Origin: Octopus vulgaris | Taxonomy: Eukaryota | Direction of reading: 5' to 3' | DNA length: 64,000 nt | NCBI GenBank assembly: GCA_951406725.2 | Contig: OX597817.1 | Span: 97,278,001-97,342,000, forward strand | Part shown: piece after piece, positions 1-12,613 of the stretch | How positions within the stretch are numbered: position 1 is the stretch's first letter | Layout of the letters: the number at the start of each line of letters is the position of its first letter | Position numbers and translations under genes: made by a program | The notes under the pieces: generated by a model | What the model saw: only the letters and a program-made list of their open reading frames with translations | Told to the model about the DNA's origin: nothing | The model's database searches: none

Positions 1-1400
1 GACGACAATGATGAATAGGAGTGGACTAAGAACTGAGTCTTGGTGAATCCCTAAATTCATCATTGTATTCATGACCGACTCTCATCTTACTGATAGCACC
101 TCTGTTCATGGCTTGTGCAGCTCTAACAAGCTACTCCTCTACTAGCTTTCTTAGAAACCACCAGATAAGAGAGCAGGAGACTCTGTCAAAAGCTTCCTCC
201 AGGTCGACGAAAGCTAAGTGTAATGGCTTACATTTGGCCAAATACTTCGCCTGCAGCTGTCTCTCTAGGAAAATGGCATCTGTAGTATTCCTGCCAGATA
301 CAAAACCAAACTGCATCTCATCTAGTTTAATTCTGTTTCTTATCAATTGTGCTATAACTCTCTGTAACTTTCATGACCTGGTCCAGTAGTTTGGTACCTC
401 TGTAGTTGTTTCTATCTAAAGCATCATCTTTACCTAGTAGCGACTAGCTATAACACTACTACACCAATCATTGGGGATGCCTTCCTAATAACCTGATTAA
501 CTATGCGAGTGACTAGGCTGTATCCCACATCGCCGGGTATTTTAATCATCTCGGCAGTGATACCCGGTAGTCTAGGGGCTTTCCTTGTCTTCATATCCTT
601 AATTGCCTTATTTATTATACTGCTATCAACTCTGATGGCTGGTCCCTCAATTGGTTCGATATTTGAAAAACTCTCCTACTCCCATTCATTTTCCAAATTT
701 AGTAACCTTTCATAGTGGCACTTCCACACCTTTCTTCTCTGAGTCACTAAGCGCATGCACACCGTTATCCATTCGCACACATTTCTCACCCACCAGATCT
801 CTACTCTCTCTGATACACTGCTTTGTAATCCTGAACATCTCACGCCTCTGATCCTCATGATGTAGAACGTTGGCAAACCTCTTACCGTCGGCTATTCCTT
901 TTGCCATGGAAACCTATTGCCTAACTTCCCTTCTGGCTACCTGATATACTTCTCTGCTTCCACCGTTTTTTCAATCTTTCCAGGCTTGTCTCTTTGCTTT
1001 TATTGCGCTGTCCACCCCCTTGTTCCACCACTATGTTACCCGCGACCTAGCTGAGACTTTGCATCAGCCACAGATTTGGTCTGCAACACTCAGTAGATTG
1101 TCCCGCATGAACTTCCAATTGTCCTCTAAGCTATATGTCCCTACCTCCTCTTCTCTATCATCAGAGGCTTCCATTAGAATGTCTCTGAGTTTTTGTTGGT
1201 TCGCTGGGTCTTTGAGCTTCCATAATTTTCTTTTCCAGTTTGGCTTATTTCTCCGAGTCTTTCTAGCCCTGATTCTGAAGTCAATAATTAGTAGCCTATG
1301 TTGGGGTACACACTCTTCACCTGGGAAAGACTTTGCATTTGTGAGCATCTGTCTGTCTCGTTGCCTGGTGAGGAGGTAATCGATCTAGCTTATGTGCCCA
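1..1400 (-). mobile_element. RTE-clade LINE fragment (end of APE endonuclease to start of RT), frameshifted
   Basis: ORF pieces: KSFPGEECVPQHRLLIIDF (APE C-terminus, 1064-1348); REMFRITKQ..RESRDLVG linker; QFGFVSGRNTTDAIF..LHLAFVDLEEAFDRV (RT, 131-346). Runs off the window start. Confidence 0.85.
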
Positions 1401-2599
1401 CCAGACTGATAAGTGATTTGCAATCCTGAACACCTCACGTCTCTGATCACCAGACTGACAAGTGATTAGGTAACTGGCTGATAAGTGATTTGTAATTCTG
1501 AACACTTCACGCCTCTGCCCACCAGACTGATAAGTGATTAGGTGGCTGACCGATTTGGGGTGACACCACTAAATAAGTCATCTTTCCTCTCTTCGTTGTA
1601 GCTGCAGTAGACGAGGCCCTTGGACTTCAAATCCTTGAGCCTAAAGATCGTCGCAGCAACTGTTGACAGCAGAGTCCCAAGGTAGGCTTGTTCCTTCACC
1701 TGGATCTGAAATATAATATAATAATAATATAATATATTATTATTTATTTATTTATTAGCTTGGCATACTCCTTCATTAAGTCGATAAGCTGATCGTTAAA
1801 GTTGTTGACCTTCAAATGGGTCATGACTTTGTGGAGAACAGGCCACTTAGTCTCCAGGATGGTGTTCAGGACCACCACAGTCATAGGTGGAGTTTCACCT
1901 CGTCGTGGGGACAACCAGCCTCCTCCCCACCTCAGCGCAGATGCTGTTTGCTACTACAGTGCTGCGATCTTTCTGGTTCCAGAGGTAAGTGACTTGGCCA
2001 TGGCAGCCCTATAGAGCCTCTTGAACACTGCATTCTTTTCACCTTTTTCTGGCTTTAAAAGCCTTTGAAAACCTAAAAAAGGGCCCAAACTATAAAATCA
2101 GCCTTTTTTAAGGTCTTTTAAAAGTTAAAACTATAAAACCAGCAGTTTTTAACTCTAAGTCAAAACCATAGTTTTGGGGTTCTAAAAAGCCCCCCCCCCA
2201 AAAAAAAAATAATAATAAATAAAAGGGCTGATTTTAGAGTTTTGGCACTTTTTAGGTATTTTTATGTGGTTTAAGAGCAAAAACTAATTTTTTTTCTAGG
2301 ATAAAAAATTAAAGCGTTAACTGATTAACGGAAGTTAAATGTAACGAAAGTTCATTAGTCCGATAATGATTTTGAAAGTTAACTTAGAAGTTAAATCATC
2401 AACGAAGATGCTAACCTCGGATTAACGGTTTGGTGCCCAGGTTCGGCATACACACATACTTATATCAAAATATATTATATATACACACATACACATTATC
2501 ACACACACACACACACACATAGAAAAATAAACACCATGATATAAGCAAACCTGGTAAGTGCACATACAGATATGTACAAGGTTACACACACACACACAC

Positions 2600-2630
<31 letters not shown>

Positions 2631-3279
2631 TTTACGTATGTATAAAAATATATATGTGTATATTTACGCTTTATACCGACAAAAATATACAGTTAAAAGG
2701 AGGTAACAGTGACACACGTGTGGGTGGCTGAGCTTTGTAGATGCCTACCTCTGCCACAACACTGTAAATAGGCTACAGGCAGCTGAAGTACCTTAGTAGT
2801 TGACTGGCATTAAATATAGCGATACGAAAAATGTCGAAGTTAGTTGTAGCAGGTTTTAAAATAGGAATAGTAAGGGACATAACTGAGGCGAGTTAGTTAA
2901 TTGGCTGTCGGAGCATTAACGGTTACACAATCGTGTGTATGTGTGTGTGCGTGTGCAAGTGTGTGTGTGCAAGTGTGTGCGAATGTGTTTGTGTGTACAT
3001 TTTTACAAGCATATGCATCCGCTTGCATATAAAAATATACTACATTCACACGTAACCATACATACGTACAAACATATATACGTACATGCATACATACACT
3101 CATACATAAACAGGTACGTACACACACACACACACTTCGTATATATATATATATATATATATATATCCCCGTAGATAAGCTGAGATGGATTTTTAACAGC
3201 TTCTGGCGAATTTTACGTGAGCCCTTCGCATGGTTATCTAATATTTATCTTAATTTTGTGCAGATGAGATAGATAGAAG

Positions 3280-3325
<46 letters not shown>

Positions 3326-3655
3326 ATGAGAGAGAGATAGAGAGAGAGAGAGAAGTGGATAGTTGTGAAAATGGTTGGAGGTAATGAGTGACAGGCAGGG
3401 AGAAGGGAGGCAAGTGATGGTTAGAAGTGTAGGGAAGGAAGGGTCTTTTTAGGATCTAGAGAAGGAGATATCGACCGCACAACGATGGTAGGTGAAGTCG
3501 CACAAGGAAACGCCACGCTCCCCAAAATGCCCCATATTGTACAAAACCCTTTTTACACACCTTCCATTAATTCAATCCACGTATTTCAAACGATAAAACA
3601 ATCCATCAAGCAGCTGGTAGAAACATGAAAAGTGGTTAATTTTAGTTCACACACG

Positions 3656-3706
<51 letters not shown>

Positions 3707-3847
3707 GTATGTATATATATATATATACACATTCAGTCAATTCAAATAAACAAACAATTAAAACGAATATAAAACACGAAAAAACGAAACGAACGTGAGG
3801 CCGTGCACAAGAAATATATTAGCTTGACGCTCGGTGAAAGGAGAGTG

Positions 3848-3880
3848 TTTGACGTTTCGAGCATAGCACTTCGTCGGAAA
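3848..3880 (-). ncRNA. Degenerate minimal hammerhead ribozyme motif within a dispersed PLE-type repeat (about 3770-3925)
   Basis: Minus strand: ttt-CCGACGA-a-gtgc-tat-gctc-GAAAC-GTC-aaa. Same repeat family as 41590-41780 and 51350-51520. Confidence 0.5.
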
Positions 3881-4554
3881 GGAGAAAGAAGAAAATCTAA
3901 CGGTGGAGAAGAAATTGCCAACGGCACACGTCTACTCACATTGTTATAAAATATATACTTGTTTGGATGTATATCTTTTAGGTCGATTGAACAAAATAAT
4001 AGTGTTAACTGTGTTGCCTTTGCATATAAATGTGTACTCATGGCAACAAAAATCGCTCAACTTACTAAAAATAGCTGCCAAATATTACTCAAATTACATC
4101 CTTCAATCATTAAATTGGAAGGAATAATAAGACAATGAAGTCTTAGATAAATTATGTCTGAAATAAAAGATGGAACGTTCTGCTGAATGAAGGTAAGATT
4201 AAAACTATTTTAGAATACTTGCAGGAAAAGCTGTGTTACCTTAGTTACTGTTGATAGAACTGTACTTCCTTCTTCTGTAAAGTTAATTTAATTTAATGTA
4301 ATGTAATATAATGTAACTACTTCGTACTGAAGAAATCCAACAAGATCGAGCTGGTTGCTCTATGTTAAGGACTCTTTTATTAAAAGAAAGAAAATTTGAT
4401 CGGATAAAAGCGTAAAGATATTTTTATTCCTTTAACGATAAAAATAAAGTAAGTTAGTAATATAGATTCTGACAAAACAATTCTATCTAGTCCTTACTAT
4501 CAGTGGCCAGGGAACAAAATTTGCTTAGGGGGTGCAAACTCAGTTCCAAAATTT

Positions 4555-5217
4555 GGCACTACTGGAGAAGTGTGGATCCGAGTTCTGGGAGTGTGCAGGT
4601 CACAAATTTGCGCATGCGAGCGCGTTAATCGTAAGTAGTCGATTTTAGCACACAGGTAAACAACGAGACACGCGCTACTTGCTGTAAATGGAGGGTGAAT
4701 TATCCATCTAATACAAGAAGAAAATTACATAAAAATTGAATAAAAACAAGAAAAATAACAAAATGATATTTCATTGAAAAGTAAATCATTCTGAAAGATA
4801 GTTCAGAATGTTTTCAAAACATTCATCTCCAGCTTTTCCTATATTTTATTAAGGGTTAGGGGTTAGGATTTTTTTTTTTTTTTTTTTTGTTATGACCGGG
4901 TCAAACGCTTAAGTTTGATCGTTTAGGGTTAAGGGAGCTGAATGTTTTTTTCAGTATTCAATGATTATTTTTCACTTTTATATTCAATTTATCTGCAATT
5001 TTCTTTTTGTATTAGATGGATAACCCCGCTCCATTTACAAGTAGCGCACGTCCGTGCGCCTCGTTGTTTACCTCTGTGTTAAAATCAACTAGTAACGCAC
5101 ATCCGCGCGTCTCGTCGTTTGCCTTGTGAGCTAAAGTCGACTACTTACAACTAACGCGCGCGTACAAATTTGTGACATGCGCATTCTCCGAACTCAGGTT
5201 CACACTTCTGTAGTACC
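4555..5217. mobile_element. Foldback MITE, MULE/Mutator-like
   Basis: Imperfect inverted arms of about 200-260 bp (GGCACTAC...GTAGTACC). Near-identical 9-bp flanks ccaaaattt (4546-4554) and ccaaatttt (5218-5226). GGGTTA-like motifs in the spacer. Confidence 0.75.
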
Positions 5218-5769
5218 CCAAATTTTTACAAACAAGGCGAAGTTTTCTAATTTGGGTATCAAAACAAACAAATGTTCAATAATAATAACTTTTATTATTA
5301 TAAGGATCGACTGGAAAATGAACACGCTGACCAATATATTCTCACGGAATGTGACCAAATGAAGTTCATTTTTAAATATTAGAATCTTTTCTGCTTGATT
5401 TCATTTTCAGAAATTTTAAAATTAAGCGAAAACTTTCAAATTTGATACATTGGTGTAATTTTTCACGTTGAATCTGATGCTATTCACTTATTCCAGAAAA
5501 AACTTTAGAAAACTGTGACAGAGGTTTAAAGTTTGATCATTTTCCCTCAATCAGAGAACAGGATGTGGAAGCTGGCGTTTTGTACAAGGTGACAACATTA
5601 CAATGTTAAAACATTCAACGATAGAAGTTTTAATAAAGTTTTGTGAAATGTTGGATAAACATACTGTTGGTTTAGTTCATGTGAACAATAAAAATTTTTG
5701 AAATTGGAACAAAATTGAGGCAATTGAAAAGTGAAAATCAAACAGAAAAGATCATCTACATACTTCTTT

Positions 5770-6240
5770 CAGTGATTCATAGCTTCGATTGCCTTGTAAA
5801 AGAAGCTATCCTGTTAGTTAAACAAGTTTTCAACAGCTGATAAGACATCATCACTATGATATTGGTTCCTAACCGAGTATTTTTTTTTATATATATGTAG
5901 GGATATAGATAATAAGATGAGGTCAAATCACTAAAGTAGGGAGGGTGACTTAGCAGTTCAAAGCCAATCACACACAGCAGCCATCGAAACCAATTACTTG
6001 TGCACTGAAGTATTTGTTTCAATGAAAGGAAAACATACTCCACAGTTTTCCTTGCATTTGGCCTTGATAGCCTTTCGCAACTGCCTTAGAAAGGTGGCAC
6101 AGTACAGCACTCTCCATTGATGGTGAGAGCGTTTTGAAAGTAGTCAATAAACACGATGCTTTTTGCAATCCAAAATACTGAGGCCATCACCTTCCCTGCA
6201 GATTAAACGATTTTGATGACCTTCTTTAGAGAAGTGTCTC
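5770..6240 (-). mobile_element. Mariner transposase remnant
   Basis: Translates to SAGKVMASVFW..KSIVFIDY...TING and GFELLSHPPYFSDLTSSY (YSPDLAPSD motif); frameshifted. Confidence 0.8.
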
Positions 6241-6894
6241 CACGGTTAGATTATCTTTTATTCTCTAACTCAAAATGATGAACCCAACACATTTAAGGAA
6301 ACCGGATTTGCCTCGAGCAATGTCAGATATTCTCGAAATGTCACCAGGGAGAGTGGAGACAAGGAAATAAAGGTAGACAGGATGTAGTTAACAGTGATAA
6401 TAAGAGGAAGAAATGAAGATGAGTAAAGAGAGAAAAGAAGCAGATATGTGAAGAGAAAGACAAGTAGAAATAGATAGGGAATGTTTTGCAAACAAGAGGG
6501 GAAAGAAGCCGAGAGGAGCAGGATAGAAAATTTAGACAATATCGGCCAGATGTTGACCGCTGAGTATGAACACATATTATATGTATATACATACACAGGC
6601 ATAAAGAGTGAGATAGAGAAAGATTTTGAATTTCTGTTGAATACAACGTGGCAGATGATTAAAAAGGGCAGACACAAGAAAGAAAAAAGAATAAAGTAAA
6701 GGACCACGTTTAAGGCCACTGAATTGTAACGAAAGAACTCTGGTCGAACAAAAACCTGAAAAACAAATAGTGAATATCAAATAAATAGTGCTTGTGTTTT
6801 TACTGGCAAAACCAGCAACACGACCTCCCATCCAATATGTTTCAAAAGACGACAGGCCATACTAGAGCGCCGTCTTTTATTTGAACAAATCAAT

Positions 6895-7060
6895 GCCAGG
6901 AATTATTCTTTGGAAGCTTTGTATTTATTCTATCGCCTCTTTTTCCGAACCGCAAAGTTACAGGGGTATAACCGCATCAACTATAGTTATCAAGCGATGG
7001 TGGGGTGACATACAGACACACAAATACATACATTCGTATGTATATGCGTATGTGTGTGTG
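6895..7060 (-). mobile_element. tRNA-derived SINE family 1, partial copy
   Basis: Reverse complement matches the body of the copy at 43094 (gtaactt.gcggttcgg.aaaagag.cgatagaataa). Confidence 0.7.
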
Positions 7061-7084
7061 CTAGCATATGTACCTACCACTCTC

Positions 7085-7173
<89 letters not shown>

Positions 7174-7312
7174 TTCTTTCGTCACATTTCTGTTACCTCA
7201 TCAGTGTCTTTCGCTTTCCTCCTTGTGTTGCCTCTTTCTAATTATCCGCCTTGCGATTTGACTTCTATGTTTATCAATATCAGCCCCAAGTGGGCAGATT
7301 TAGAAATCTATA

Positions 7313-7385
<73 letters not shown>

Positions 7386-7389
7386 CACT

Positions 7390-7530
7390 GTAAAGTTGTT
7401 GGCGTTAGGAAGGGCACCCATCCACGGAAACCTTGTCAAACTAGATGGGAGCTGGTACCCCTTGGCCTCTGGCCCTGTCGAACCGTACAACCTATGCCAG
7501 TATGGAAAGCGGACGTTAAATGATGATGAA
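7390..7530 (+). mobile_element. 3' end of an RTE-tailed SINE or LINE
   Basis: Ends ...aacctatgccagtatggaaagcggacgttaaatgatgatg with a (GAT)n tail. Confidence 0.5.
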
Positions 7531-7620
7531 TATATATAATATTTTTAATGTATAATATATATATTAATGTATATATATATGTGCGTGCTTGTATCACACA
7601 CACTCTCTCTCTCTCTCTCC

Positions 7621-7686
<66 letters not shown>

Positions 7687-7759
7687 CTATACAGTAAAAC
7701 TATATAACTCGAGGAGAGCTTACTCTACAGGTAGAGAAGTGGGTAAATATAAATAGACA

Positions 7760-7938
7760 TCGTAACGATACCAGCTACCAAATGGTTTCACGGCAAATTG
7801 GGGCCCCGAGTGACCTTAGTAAAGTCATTGGTGAGAATCCCGAGCCGATTATCGGCTGGGATTCTCCCCAATGACTTTAATAAGGTCACCCGGGGCCCAG
7901 TTCGCCGTGGAACCATTTGGTAGCTGGTATCGTTACGA
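7760..7938. repeat. About 180-bp near-perfect palindrome (hairpin MITE-like)
   Basis: tcgtaacgataccagctaccaaatgg...ccatttggtagctggtatcgttacga, centred on agccgat-t-atcggct. Confidence 0.9.
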
Positions 7939-7939
7939 C

Positions 7940-8005
7940 TTTTTATTTTTTTTATTTCATCTAGTTTCAGCTCACGAGCTGTGGCCATGCCGAGGCACTG
8001 CCATG
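7940..8005 (-). mobile_element. CR1-like LINE extreme 3' end
   Basis: Matches the 3' end of the LINE at 16262 (gcatggccacagctcgt.agctgaaactagat followed by an A-rich tail). Confidence 0.7.
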
Positions 8006-8107
8006 TTAAAAAAAGTTGCCAGCAGATGGTTATGGCATTCGAACCCATACAACTGAGATACTGGCTGAGTACTTCACCATTAAGCTAAATGACCCACTCT
8101 GTCTATT

Positions 8108-8176
<69 letters not shown>

Positions 8177-10253
8177 GTGTGTGTGTGTGTGTGTGTGTAT
8201 GTATATATCGTATATTTATAAAGAGGGAAAATTTAGCCATATCTCCGTAGATTGAAAAAAAAAAGAACAACCTTAATCGAAGTAAAACCTTCGAGTATTG
8301 AAGACAAAGAATAAATAAGGAAGATCGCTGTGTTTCTACACTTAGAATAAGTAAGACCAAAACAACATTTATAAGAAAGAAAATGATCACCATTTTGGTG
8401 GTTAGTTGAAAAAAAGAAAACATCACAAAATCTACCACTTACTGAGACATAACTGAATTCAAAAAGTAGAGAAAATTTATTTTATAGAGAGTTGATATAT
8501 AAAAATACTTTAGAGGAGAAAATATATACAAAACGAATATGTAGATATGTAGGTGTTTTTCGCTAGAATAAAAAGATAACTCAACTTTTATTCATTAAAA
8601 ATGTAAGCCTTGAGATAAGAAACCCACTTATCATCCAGTTGTGCTGAAATTGTTTCCAAAGCGCAAGTATTCGATGATGTGAATATTAAAATATTATTGA
8701 GTCATTTCGCGAGTGCCTTTTCAATCTTCCTCCTCTCTATTGATACATCCATATCGTATACGCACAGATATGTATCTTTGTATCGAATAGCTTCCTAGAT
8801 TTTTAGCCAAGGTTCGAAGCCTAGCTTCTACCAGTTCTTTTCTATTGTTCTTGAATTTTTCACTAGGAAATTTATGAGAATCAGCTGTCTTGTTTATTTC
8901 AGGTTTATTGTTTAAGTAACTATTTCAAGTCATTCTTAGGTCAAGGCAGATAGGAACGGAAAATCCTTTGCTTAGTCTGACCTAATTTAGTCGGAAAAGT
9001 ATATAAATACAGAACCCCAAATCGGTTTTACCTCTCTCGCAGGGCACCAGCTCTCAAAGACACATAACTGTTTTTCTTCATTCACTTGTGGCTTGTCACT
9101 CGGGACCATACAACTTTCACCCTCTCTACTTGTCAACCCAGAGAGGTAGACTCTCTTACTATGTCTCTCTCTCTCTCCTTTTCCACCCGTCTTAAGCAGT
9201 TACTCACAGATAAAGTTAACTACCTACAGAATGGATAACAGAATTGCAGATAATCATTGTACAACAACAACAACACGAAGACGTTGTCTCTTACATTGTG
9301 ATGATGAAAATAAAGGGCCATTTCAACTAATATTTTTTTCCTCTCATTTACAAGTTGCATAAATCGATACATCTTCATAAAACTTTCAAGCATTGGCAGT
9401 ATTTCTTTTCCTAGGACATGAGGGTCTTTCTCTAAACGAATAAATTACATTGACATCAGGACCTTAAAAAAAGTCAATATTTTATATGAGTTTGGTGAAG
9501 CAGGTTATGAAGAAATTTGAACCCGAAACAATAGGACATGCAACTGTTAGTAGTGTAAAGCATAAACATTTTGTTCTCTATTGTTTCTCTCAGTCACATC
9601 TTACTGATATCCTGTGAACAAGATCAATAAGAAGAAGAGCAACAACAACAAAAATAATAACAATAACATGGACAACGACGACAACAAAAACAACAATAAC
9701 AACAACAAAATTTGCAATGACGACGACAACAACAGCAGCAACAACTGAGTTTGGTATGTAAGTAAATAAGAAAAATGCAAGGCCTTACAAAATGTTTTCT
9801 CACAAATCATACAAACTTTGCCATGAAAAAAATCCTGTTACCATCTGAGTTAATTATGATTTGCAATTCAAATTTTGGAATATGTTGAATCATTTTGTTT
9901 ATTGTTATTTGTAACGTTTTGTTTTAGAGCTTAATTAGAATACTGTGTTCTGTAATCTCTAAAGTTTCAGGACACAGAACAAACTGGTTTCCCAGAACGT
10001 CTTAATCTATTTTCTACTTCATGTGAGTAAATAGTTAAACTTATTTCTTATTCAGGAAAGAAAATTGCACTACTTGACATAATTAGCTACAATCAAAAAT
10101 CACGTGTTTTTGCTCATTCTACTGTAACATATTTTTTGCTCATTCTACGTGTAACATATTTTCAATCCTTTACTTGGCAACTAATCAGATCTTGATGCGT
10201 TTTTAAATATTTGGATATATTGAAAAAGCTTCATGCGTGTGTATGCATATATA

Positions 10254-10288
<35 letters not shown>

Positions 10289-10378
10289 CTGTTGTGTCTG
10301 GGGAGAGTAATTCTCTTTTAGTGCCTTATAATTTAACACACTCACCGGTAAAATTTCCACTTATTTCCTTCTATATTT

Positions 10379-10416
10379 TACTAAAATTTTCGTTGCGTCT
10401 TGCAACCTTTTCAATA
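10379..10416 (-). ncRNA. Minimal hammerhead motif, U3-A8 core variant
   Basis: ta-TTGAAAA-g-GTTGC-aagac-GCAAC-GAAA-ATTT-tagt. Perfect 5-bp stem II and palindromic stem III (AATT). Confidence 0.55.
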
Positions 10417-11310
10417 CAATCCCCGTCCTTTGCATCTTCGTCTTAGAGGGCTCAACACAAATTTAAGTCAGGTCAATCTTTTACCTTAAAAAATCACTTC
10501 ACCTGTGCATCGAAGAACTTAATCAATGTTCCGAAATGTGGAGGATGTGGTGGAGACTACTAGGTCAAAGTAGTTTAACTTTGAGGGACAAACGGTGCAT
10601 AGGCAACAAATTCGGGACCCCACGACTAGGAAAATTCCCGCAACCAAACACCTAGACCAATGCCCCGTGAACATAAGCCCGAAATACCAAATCTTCCCTC
10701 TCTATCAATGCACCGGAAGCACTTCAACCCAATTCCGTTTAAATAAAGAAAGCATACTCATTAAAAATATAAACCGCAGCTGAATATCTTTTAGAAAGAA
10801 GAAAAAGCACTAAAGAGAAAAAGGAAAAAAGACACACAAAAAAAAACTACCTGGAACAACAAACAATTTTAGAAACTTTAATGACAGTCTTCCACCCGGG
10901 TTTCGAAACCACAACTCCAAATCACCATACAAATACCAGTTGCCGACGTCACCTATCTTTAGACCAATGAAATTTTACAAACATCAGTTGCTGATGTCAC
11001 TGAACTCTAGATTAATCAAAACCGAATTTCAGCAAATGCATCAAAATGACCCTTTAAGAGAATCAACCAACCGAAACGACTGATGATCGTTCCCCACAGG
11101 GAAGCCAACCAGGCAGAACGACAAACTTGACCACCGGAAAAACAAGACGTCACTAGTACTTTAACGAATCAAAAATGAGATCCGCCCGCGGAAAAAATTA
11201 TAAATACACCGGATTCCAAAACACGCCGCTACAAGTGAAAGTTCCTACACACAACGGAAAGAGGATCAGATAAATTGTAAACCAAATCTCTTTTTTTACT
11301 ATCTTCATTT

Positions 11311-12613
11311 GGATCTTTTCTATTCTGAAGCCAGTTTTTTCAAATTTTTCCTACTGAACCAAACAATTTGAAACTTCGTATACTGGTAGAATGTGTCAAA
11401 AGTAAACTTAATTGTAAACCAGAATGAAAACGGAATTGTAACTTCTAAGTTTAACGTTGTTTAATAATTAGAATTTTAACCAATGATATTCCGTCATTCG
11501 GCTTTATTTTATTTACTCCGTCTCGACCACCAATTTCGTGACGTATTAGACATCTTAAATGTAAACAAGCTATAGTCAGCCACCTTCTAATAACAAAAGT
11601 TTGTCTTTGAAGTTACCGTCTAGGGGAAGCATTGATGTACATGTGTGTGTGTGTGTGTTTGATGGGGTGTGGGAGACAGTATGTTGTGTAAGTGAAGTGC
11701 TTCTGTTAGTGTGTGTGAAGAGACAGAGAGAGTAATGTGTGAAAGAGAGAGATAACTGAAATTTTTTACTCGGTGTATGTGTATATGTATGTCTGCATGT
11801 ATGTGTGTGTGTATGTATGTGTAAGTATGTGTGTGTGTGTATGTATGTGTGTGTGTGTATGTATGTATGGCCGATTCATCGTAATTACGATGAATCGGCC
11901 ATACATACATAGATACATACACACACACACATACATGCAGACATACATATACACATACACCGAATAAAAAATTTCAGTTATCTCTCTCTTTCACACATTA
12001 CTCTCTCTGTCTCTTCACACACACTAACAGAAGCACTTCACTTACACAACATACTGTCTCCCACACCCCATCAAACACACACACACACACACATGTACAT
12101 CAATGCTTCCCCTAGACGGTAACTTCAAAGACAAACTTCCCTCGTCATAAAATCGCTTCCTCTTAGTCTCTTTCGCTCTCATTACTTATGTAAAAAAATA
12201 ACTGTTTTTTACGGAAATCGACGGAAAACTTGTGCTACGACAAGCGAAACTTCGCCGAAATTTATTATTAAAAAAGCAAAGAGCTGGCAGAAACGTTAGC
12301 ACGCCGGGCGAAATGCGTAGCCGTATTTCGTCTGCCGTGTTTGTTTACAGTTTTCCGAACGTTAGTACGTCACAAAAGCGCTTTCTACGTCACACTAATA
12401 GAATGCAGTCAAGTTTTACACATGAAAACAAACAATCTGATTGGTTAAAATTCGCAGTTTTAATCTACGATTAAAGTCATAAAATTGATTTTTCTCAAAT
12501 AAACTAGTTCCAACCTGTGTCTTGTTTTGCTAGACTCTATCAGCATACGAAGTTTCAGATTATTTAGTTAAGTAGAAAGATCTGTGGTCCTGGCTTCAGA
12601 ATAGAAAAGATCC
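11311..12613. mobile_element. Non-autonomous DNA transposon (Merlin-like MITE), copy 1
   Basis: Perfect 24-bp TIR GGATCTTTTCTATTCTGAAGCCAG. 8-bp TSD cttcattt (11303-11310 and 12614-12621). Sister copy at 29771-30661. Confidence 0.88.
11597..12138. repeat. About 540-bp zero-loop palindrome inside the MITE
   Basis: Arms aagtttgtctttgaagttaccgtctagggg... and ...cccctagacggtaacttcaaagacaaactt. Centre ggccgattcatcgtaa|ttacgatgaatcggcc at 11884/11885. Confidence 0.95.

Noticed and set aside
2072-2256. About 36-bp imperfect inverted repeat
   Set aside because: Real but short. It is probably internal to an old DNA element whose ends I cannot define.
2422-3174. ORFs rich in CV/YI/HT dipeptides (also at 6881-8438, 12968-13323, 21773-22243, 49293-53420, 57463-57824)
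   Set aside because: They are translations of (CA)n, (TA)n and (TATG)n microsatellites.
6270-6830. Possible PLE endonuclease tail (HLPRCIQQKFKIF) or hydrophobic membrane ORF
   Set aside because: The similarity is too short, and the hydrophobic ORF reflects pyrimidine-rich low complexity.
8700-8730. TTGAAAA-ggcactcgc-GAAA on the minus strand
   Set aside because: Stem II is only 2 bp, and there is no palindromic stem III or convincing stem I.
8602-9295. Possible solo LTR (TGTAAG...CTTACA with a TATA-like motif)
   Set aside because: No TSD and no second copy in the window; too weak to call.
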